Assembly (NCBI RefSeq): GCF_006345805.1 | Contig: NC_042998.1 | Coordinates: 135,098,001-135,162,000 of the forward strand | Reading direction: 5' to 3' | Source of the DNA: Octopus sinensis | Taxonomy: Eukaryota | Length of the DNA: 64,000 nt | In this document: one piece after another, positions 62,201-64,000 of the stretch | Position numbering within the stretch: position 1 is the stretch's first letter | How the letters are laid out: each line of letters starts with the position of its first letter | Made by a program: the position numbers and the translations under genes | Notes under the pieces: model-generated | Databases searched by the model: none | What the model saw: the letters and a program-made list of their open reading frames with translations, nothing else | What the model was told of the DNA's origin: nothing

Positions 62201-63439
62201 TAATCTTGCCTCTGGTATTAGACTAGTTCCACACGGTGAAGAGCTTCCTCTTCCAGTCTTCAATGTCTTGCTTCAGATAGCTTTACCCTCAACCAAAGAA
62301 GATTTATCACCTGAAGATGACACTAGTGAATTTTCTCACGGGACAGCAATCTGGTTATACAAAATACCCATGTATTTGCATGTGGGACAGTAGAGACCGA
62401 GTAAATCACTATTTTAAGAAAGGCTGGCTGCCTTGAACAAATAAATATGGCTCCATATAGAGCTGCCAATATATTGGAAGAACCTTTGGTTAAGCAAGAT
62501 CAGATCATTTTCCCCACTTTGCACATCAAACTTGGATTGATCAAGCAATTCGTCAAAGCTCTTGACAAAAATGGGGAGTGCTTCAAGTATATCTGCAGTG
62601 TATTTCCAGACTTGACAATTGAATAACTTAAAACAAGGATTTTTGATGGACCACAGATCTGTAAGCTCTTGAAGGACACAAATTTTGTGAAAACAATGTG
62701 TGAAAATGAAGCATCAGCTTGGCTAACCTTTGCAGAAGTAGTGCAAAATTTCCTTGTGAAACACAAAAGTGAAAATTATAAAGAACTTGTTACCAACTTG
62801 ATATCAGTTTTTCATGATATTGATGCAAATATGAGCATCAAAATGCATTATCTTTTTTGTCATCTTGATTGCTCTCCTGAATATCTTGGAGATGTTAATG
62901 GTGAACAAGACGAATGATTCCTCAGGACATCAAGGAGATGGAAACCCTGTACCAAGGATGTTGGGATGCAGATGATTGCTGGTGTTTAAAACGAGATATT
63001 CCTGTTGCTCAACATTCATGGTGCGCAAAGAAGCATAAATTTATTCCTTGAGAATTTTCTGGCAAAAATCTTTGCCAATATGTATTTCCAATTTTGAATT
63101 TATATTTGTACTTTGTTTTGTGTTATGCTCTCTTTATTGCTTCATATTGTATGCCTCTTGTATGAATAAAATACTTATTCTATCAGGTTTAGTCAGAAAA
63201 CTAGACCTGATAGAGAAAAACTGAAGTTATTTTTGAATTTAGCAGGCAAAATCACTTATGAATTCATTGAAATATTCCAGGTACCAGACAAAAAAATTTT
63301 CTTGTTGCCCAGTGTAATTTATCTATCCAGCTTGTTAATAATTTACTGTATCCTATATTTTTGAACAGCCAATCCCGATGAGAACATAGTGAGCCGAGTT
63401 GAGTTTGATAAATTAAAGAAAACTATGGAAGCAATCCAG
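5660..63439 (+). CDS. GOLGA2: Golgin subfamily A member 2 (GM130)-like gene, partial spliced CDS (start and stop outside window)
   Basis: 20 GT-AG exons join in phase into a 653-codon coiled-coil ORF. It carries motifs recognisable from GM130: [80 protein letters not shown]. Confidence 0.92.
10143..10345 (+). mobile_element. tRNA-derived SINE with duplicated head
   Basis: Two tggctgt..g heads followed by tgtcttctactatag...gtgagtggatttgg...gaaactgaaagaagcc. Confidence 0.65.
10619..10681 (+). CDS. GOLGA2: Candidate GM130 cassette exon, [20 protein letters not shown] (63 nt, phase 2-2)
   Basis: Pyrimidine tract + ccag acceptor, AG/gtacat donor, open in the frame required by the flanking exons. 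Confidence 0.5.
11880..12072 (-). mobile_element. Short RTE-tail-related element
   Basis: catcatcat tail, ggcatgggttgg, tttctatgactggat, aaccactttacagtgtg. Confidence 0.65.
14370..14832 (+). mobile_element. Two tandem SINE copies plus 3' tail
   Basis: Two copies of cactgcatgaca...gtgagtgaattt; tail gaaaccagtagaataagtact...aaacaagtaaaagata. Confidence 0.6.
16098..16327 (+). mobile_element. tRNA-derived SINE with hammerhead-like 3' part
   Basis: A-box tggcgtagtag, B-box gttcgattcc, ccgatga-ggctg/cagcc-gaaac motif, tgtaaataa repeat tail. Confidence 0.7.
16383..16446 (+). CDS. GOLGA2: GM130 exon, [21 protein letters not shown]
   Basis: tctcag acceptor, gtaagt donor; resembles the GM130 STESLRQLSQQLN motif. 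Confidence 0.9.
17549..17608 (+). CDS. GOLGA2: GM130 exon, [20 protein letters not shown]
   Basis: ttgtag / gtattt splice sites, phase 0-0, NGE motif. Confidence 0.88.
17744..17878 (+). mobile_element. tRNA-derived SINE
   Basis: gtggctgagtg...gcttgcttcccaaccatg...gagttcagtcc. Confidence 0.65.
18366..18888 (-). mobile_element. RTE 3'-UTR-derived element, older subfamily
   Basis: (ATC)n tail, ttccatgctagcatgggttggacg...gatgcccttc...gccaaccactc, several ~65-bp diverged subunits. Confidence 0.8.
19392..19472 (+). CDS. GOLGA2: GM130 exon, [27 protein letters not shown]
   Basis: tttcag / gtgagt splice sites, phase 0-0, coiled-coil sequence. Confidence 0.9.
20643..20741 (+). CDS. GOLGA2: GM130 exon, [33 protein letters not shown]
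   Basis: ttttag / gtaaaa splice sites, phase 0-0. Confidence 0.9.
20877..21071 (+). mobile_element. Short RTE-tail-related element
   Basis: tgccacgtaaaagcaccc...ggacatccagccatagaaac...(TGA)n. Confidence 0.65.
22674..22767 (+). CDS. GOLGA2: GM130 exon, [31 protein letters not shown]
   Basis: Golgin-A signature [10 protein letters not shown]; tttaag / gtgagt splice sites, phase 0-1. Confidence 0.95.
22804..24030. mobile_element. Non-autonomous TIR DNA transposon with 8-bp TSD (Merlin- or hAT-like)
   Basis: Perfect 25-bp TIR GGATCTTTTCACTTTCGAAGCCTGA, extending imperfectly about 110 bp; TSD ACTTTTCT at 22796-22803 and 24031-24038. Confidence 0.88.
24558..24664 (+). CDS. GOLGA2: GM130 exon, [35 protein letters not shown]
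   Basis: tcctag / gtaggt splice sites, phase 1-0. Confidence 0.92.
25694..25762. repeat. 33-bp-arm palindrome/hairpin
   Basis: taaagtggcaaagatatcacaaaaactgttact-agg-agtaacagtttttgtgatgtctttgcaacttta. Confidence 0.85.
26778..26836 (+). CDS. GOLGA2: GM130 exon, [19 protein letters not shown]
   Basis: tttcag / gtaagt splice sites, phase 0-2, LxLELYK motif. Confidence 0.92.
29402..29462 (+). CDS. GOLGA2: GM130 exon, [20 protein letters not shown]
   Basis: tcccag / gtaaaa splice sites, phase 2-0. Confidence 0.9.
30592..31911 (+). CDS. RTE ORF N-terminal part: apurinic-like endonuclease
   Basis: APE motifs GTLNV, CMQE, SAYAP, GDFNGH, QIDYIL, QHRLV; ends at the frameshift near 31908. Confidence 0.93.
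   Translation: MQVVLKATLLLHFLHMNSAKCELSFQVHEATVHRPRVSRAHAFHTLRVGTLNVGTLKGRSGEIVEMLERRCVDICCMQEIRWRGGSARFLTGKERRYKIFWAGNTDGVGGVGILIADKWVDKVIEVIRVSDRILKIRLVLHHSLATIISAYAPQSGLPDGQKDRFYDTLLQTTSLTNDRDLIFVAGDFNGHVGRHAGGVHGGYGYGSRNEEGTRLLEFCDANNLMICNTNFRKPTSHLVTYQSGQHTSQIDYILTRQRERWLLINAKTFPGEECTPQHRLVVSDFRIRTRRTTRRRQIWRRRIWKLKDPANGQRFRDILLEASDEVEGDRASQGVEDSWTFLRDNLLRATDQICGWCKVPSRPRITWWWNNIVDRAIREKRQAWKVWKNGGSRELYQTAKREARRQVYLARGEADKKKFANVLRREDQRLEVFRVARQC
31905..33749 (+). CDS. RTE ORF C-terminal part: reverse transcriptase with PHD-like insertion
   Basis: [62 protein letters not shown]. Confidence 0.95.
   Translation: MLRENRDVVGEKCVRMEDGSLALNEDAKREVWRCHYERLLNEENEWDKESLPNVDPTEGPAIRVDSSVVAKAIRSMKTGKAPGPSGITAEMLKMSGSVGYSLVTHIVNQVIHKGVIPNDWCSSIIVNCYKGKGDALDTNNYRGIKLLDQVMKVTERVIAQLIRERVSLDEMQFGFVPGKSTTDAIFLVRQLQEKYLAKDKPLYLAFVDMEKAFDRVPRSLIWWAMRKLGIDEWLVRAVRAMYRDAASRVRVGNEYSEEFRVEVGVHQGSVLSPLLFIIVLQAITEEFKTGCPWELLYADDLALIAESLSELEEKFQVWKQGLESKGLRVNLAKTKVVISRKVDKSQTPSGRWPCSICRKGVGRNSIRCTKCKLWTHKRCSNVKGRLTRKMVFVCGRCSGTINTENALRPTSVTFQGEKLEIVDSFRYLGDQVSSGGGCAESVTARVRIAWAKFRELLPLLVTKGLSHRVKGRLYDACVRTAMLHGSETWAVTAEDMRKLARNEASMLRWMCNAGTHTRQSVSTLREKLDLRSISCGVQERRLRWYGHVARMDEDSCVKKCHTLAVEGTCGRGRPRKTWDEVVKHDLRTLGLTEEMTRDRDLWKCAVREKTRQDK
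34469..34549 (+). CDS. GOLGA2: GM130 exon, [27 protein letters not shown]
   Basis: ttacag / gtaagc splice sites, phase 0-0, KKLEM motif. Confidence 0.92.
34600..35165 (+). mobile_element. Old degenerate RTE-like ORF fragment
   Basis: Decayed matches to copy B, e.g. aattgctacaag...gatgctttgga...aactacagaggc...gagcaggttatgaaa. Confidence 0.65.
35372..35458 (+). CDS. GOLGA2: GM130 exon, [29 protein letters not shown]
   Basis: ttccag / gtgagt splice sites, phase 0-0. Confidence 0.9.
37030..37489 (+). mobile_element. CR1-type LINE 3' end
   Basis: Translates to YSERLASLG...[37 protein letters not shown], like a CR1 C-terminus; (ATT)n tail. Confidence 0.8.
40535..40975 (-). mobile_element. RTE-tail-related element with internal 26-bp minisatellite
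   Basis: gatgcccttcttaatgccaaccact tail motif; about 9-10 units of ggtgctatttatgtgatgccagccta. Confidence 0.75.
42240..42665 (+). mobile_element. Highly decayed mariner fragment
   Basis: EFCFKLGKT and [10 protein letters not shown] (similar to ITGDETWVYG). Confidence 0.55.
44840..45803. other. CpG-rich module bounded by 87-bp inverted repeats, identity unresolved
   Basis: Arms 44840-44926 and 45717-45803 match at 80/87 positions as reverse complements; no clear TSD. Confidence 0.8.
47424..47531 (+). CDS. GOLGA2: GM130 exon, [36 protein letters not shown]
   Basis: atatag / gtcagt splice sites, phase 0-0. Confidence 0.9.
47758..47905 (+). mobile_element. tRNA-derived SINE
   Basis: ggcacaggtgtggctgtgtg...ccttgggcaagtgtcttct...gtgagtgaatttgg. 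Confidence 0.7.
48212..48451. repeat. Diverged direct repeat (~85 bp shared, 156-bp spacing)
   Basis: gaattataca...gctatacaaca.aaggaaaataattgtacattta occurs at 48212 and 48368. Confidence 0.7.
48551..49020 (-). mobile_element. RTE 3'-UTR-derived element, same subfamily as 18366-18888, within a (TA)n microsatellite
   Basis: Same tail motifs and subunit array. Confidence 0.8.
49765..49848. repeat. (TA)n(CA)n microsatellite
   Basis: Seen directly; similar tracts at 12072-12126, 25531-25600, 25762-25790, 48452-48552, 51406-51460. Confidence 0.95.
49851..51405 (-). mobile_element. RTE-clade LINE copy C, 5'-truncated at QGSVLSP, antisense to GM130
   Basis: Reverse complement near-identical to 32701-34345; remaining RT frame open; flanked on both sides by (TA)n(CA)n. 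Confidence 0.95.
51568..51655 (+). CDS. GOLGA2: GM130 exon, [29 protein letters not shown]
   Basis: gtttag / gtaaag splice sites, phase 0-1. Confidence 0.9.
52123..52329. mobile_element. piggyBac-like MITE, same family as 60460-60680
   Basis: TTAA-CCCTTTAGCA...TGCTAAAAGA-TTAA; internal similarity to the 60460 copy. Confidence 0.75.
52426..52564 (+). CDS. GOLGA2: GM130 exon, [45 protein letters not shown]
   Basis: aattag / gtaagt splice sites, phase 1-2, QxxDNxxLSR motif. Confidence 0.9.
52615..53730. mobile_element. piggyBac-like non-autonomous element
   Basis: TTAA-CCCTTTCGTT...AACGAAAGGG-TTAA; internal ~101-bp direct repeat (53138-53238, 53316-53417); subterminal gggcggtttgg repeats. Confidence 0.85.
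53766..54649 (-). mobile_element. Mariner relic with internal deletion
   Basis: TA-flanked imperfect TIRs; decayed N-terminus [12 protein letters not shown]...[13 protein letters not shown]. Confidence 0.8.
55684..55876 (+). CDS. GOLGA2: GM130 exon, [13 protein letters not shown]...[24 protein letters not shown]
   Basis: ttttag / gttggt splice sites, phase 2-0; conserved golgin-A block. Confidence 0.95.
56717..56830 (+). CDS. GOLGA2: GM130 exon, [38 protein letters not shown]
   Basis: cttcag / gttagt splice sites, phase 0-0, LQSEQH-like motif. Confidence 0.92.
56968..57338 (-). mobile_element. Mariner transposase 3' relic, same family as 3240-3718
   Basis: Colinear similarity (catggaatgt.accaa.tgaggtttatttttcaacata.tcccc). 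Confidence 0.72.
57992..59127 (-). mobile_element. Tc1-family transposon (DD36E type), transposase pseudogene
   Basis: TA TSD, CAGG(G/A) TIRs; HTH fragment 58526-58945 ([12 protein letters not shown]) and catalytic fragment 58197-58394 (FQDDNAP...QSPDLNIIE). Confidence 0.9.
59401..59559 (+). CDS. GOLGA2: GM130 exon, [13 protein letters not shown]...[24 protein letters not shown]
   Basis: tgttag / gtttct splice sites, phase 0-0. Confidence 0.9.
59601..60096. mobile_element. Tc1/mariner (Tc2/pogo-type) MITE
   Basis: TA-CCGTAAATCCT...AGGATTTACGG-TA; ~25-bp TIR. Confidence 0.85.
60254..60367 (+). CDS. GOLGA2: GM130 exon, [38 protein letters not shown]
   Basis: ttctag / gttagt splice sites, phase 0-0. 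Confidence 0.88.
60460..60680. mobile_element. piggyBac-like MITE
   Basis: TTAA-CCCTTTAG...CTAAAGGG-TTAA. Confidence 0.85.
61722..61860 (+). CDS. GOLGA2: GM130 exon, [46 protein letters not shown]
   Basis: tttcag / gtaagt splice sites, phase 0-1. Confidence 0.9.
61996..63314 (+). mobile_element. Chapaev3 (CMC) DNA transposon relic
   Basis: CACTGG...CCAGTG termini, TAA TSD; decayed [36 protein letters not shown]. Confidence 0.8.
63369..63439 (+). CDS. GOLGA2: GM130 exon, [23 protein letters not shown]
   Basis: gaacag / gttagt splice sites, phase 1-0. Confidence 0.88.
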
Positions 63440-64000
63440 GTTAGTTGAAATTGAATAAATTATTTCCTCACCTGATACTGTCATTTCCGTGTATTTGTGT
63501 GATCTACTTTGGTTGCTCTAATACAATTTACAGCTGCTGAGTTCATGGACCCAATCACGATAAAATGGTTTTATACGTAAGATGTAACATAACCAGAGAG
63601 GTGGGGGAAAAAATTAGTTCAAAAAGATTTTTAAGAGCAGATCAAATGTATTGCATTAGGTGTAACATAACCAAATATTAAGTTAGAAGTTATATTTAAA
63701 TGTTGCCCCCTTTTTACTTGATAGACAATGAGCTTCTTTCTATGTAGCCATTCAACTCAATGTGTCAAACAAAATTCTTGCAAAAAAAAAAAATTCTTTC
63801 AAAAAAAAAAAAATAGAGACTGGTTATTTATATCTTATCAATTAGGACAGTATGGGCTACTGCTGTAACAATGAGAGGAGGGTTTTGGTGTATATTCTGC
63901 TGGCAACTTTAGGCCTTGATTCTAATTACTTGATAAGCTGACCTCCATATAGCTGGTCCACTGAAACAGAGCTGACCAGAGTTACTCGGTAACATGTGAT

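Overview
AT-rich, repeat-dense eukaryotic genomic DNA; the SINE/LINE repertoire points to an octopus (coleoid cephalopod), which is an inference. The whole window lies inside one + strand gene, a Golgin subfamily A member 2 (GM130/GOLGA2) orthologue. I read 20 phase-consistent GT-AG coding exons (5660-63439, 653 codons) plus a candidate 63-nt cassette exon; the start and stop codons fall outside the window. The introns hold three young copies of one RTE-clade LINE (one full-length, two 5'-truncated), RTE 3'-tail derivatives, a CR1 tail, many tRNA-derived SINEs, and DNA transposons (Tc1 DD36E, mariner relics, Tc2/pogo MITE, piggyBac-like, Merlin/hAT-like, Chapaev3). Main leads: (1) a PHD-type C4HC3 finger inserted inside the RTE reverse transcriptase; (2) a 117-nt GT-AG intron in the RTE 5' end, whose acceptor is also in frame with the upstream GM130 donor; (3) an unexplained CpG-rich module in a 12-kb intron, bounded by 87-bp inverted repeats that each carry an outward-facing TATA box and splice donor and enclose a micro-intron mini-gene; (4) inverted young LINEs bracketing three phase-0 exons; (5) a tRNA-SINE with a Penelope-type hammerhead-like tail.
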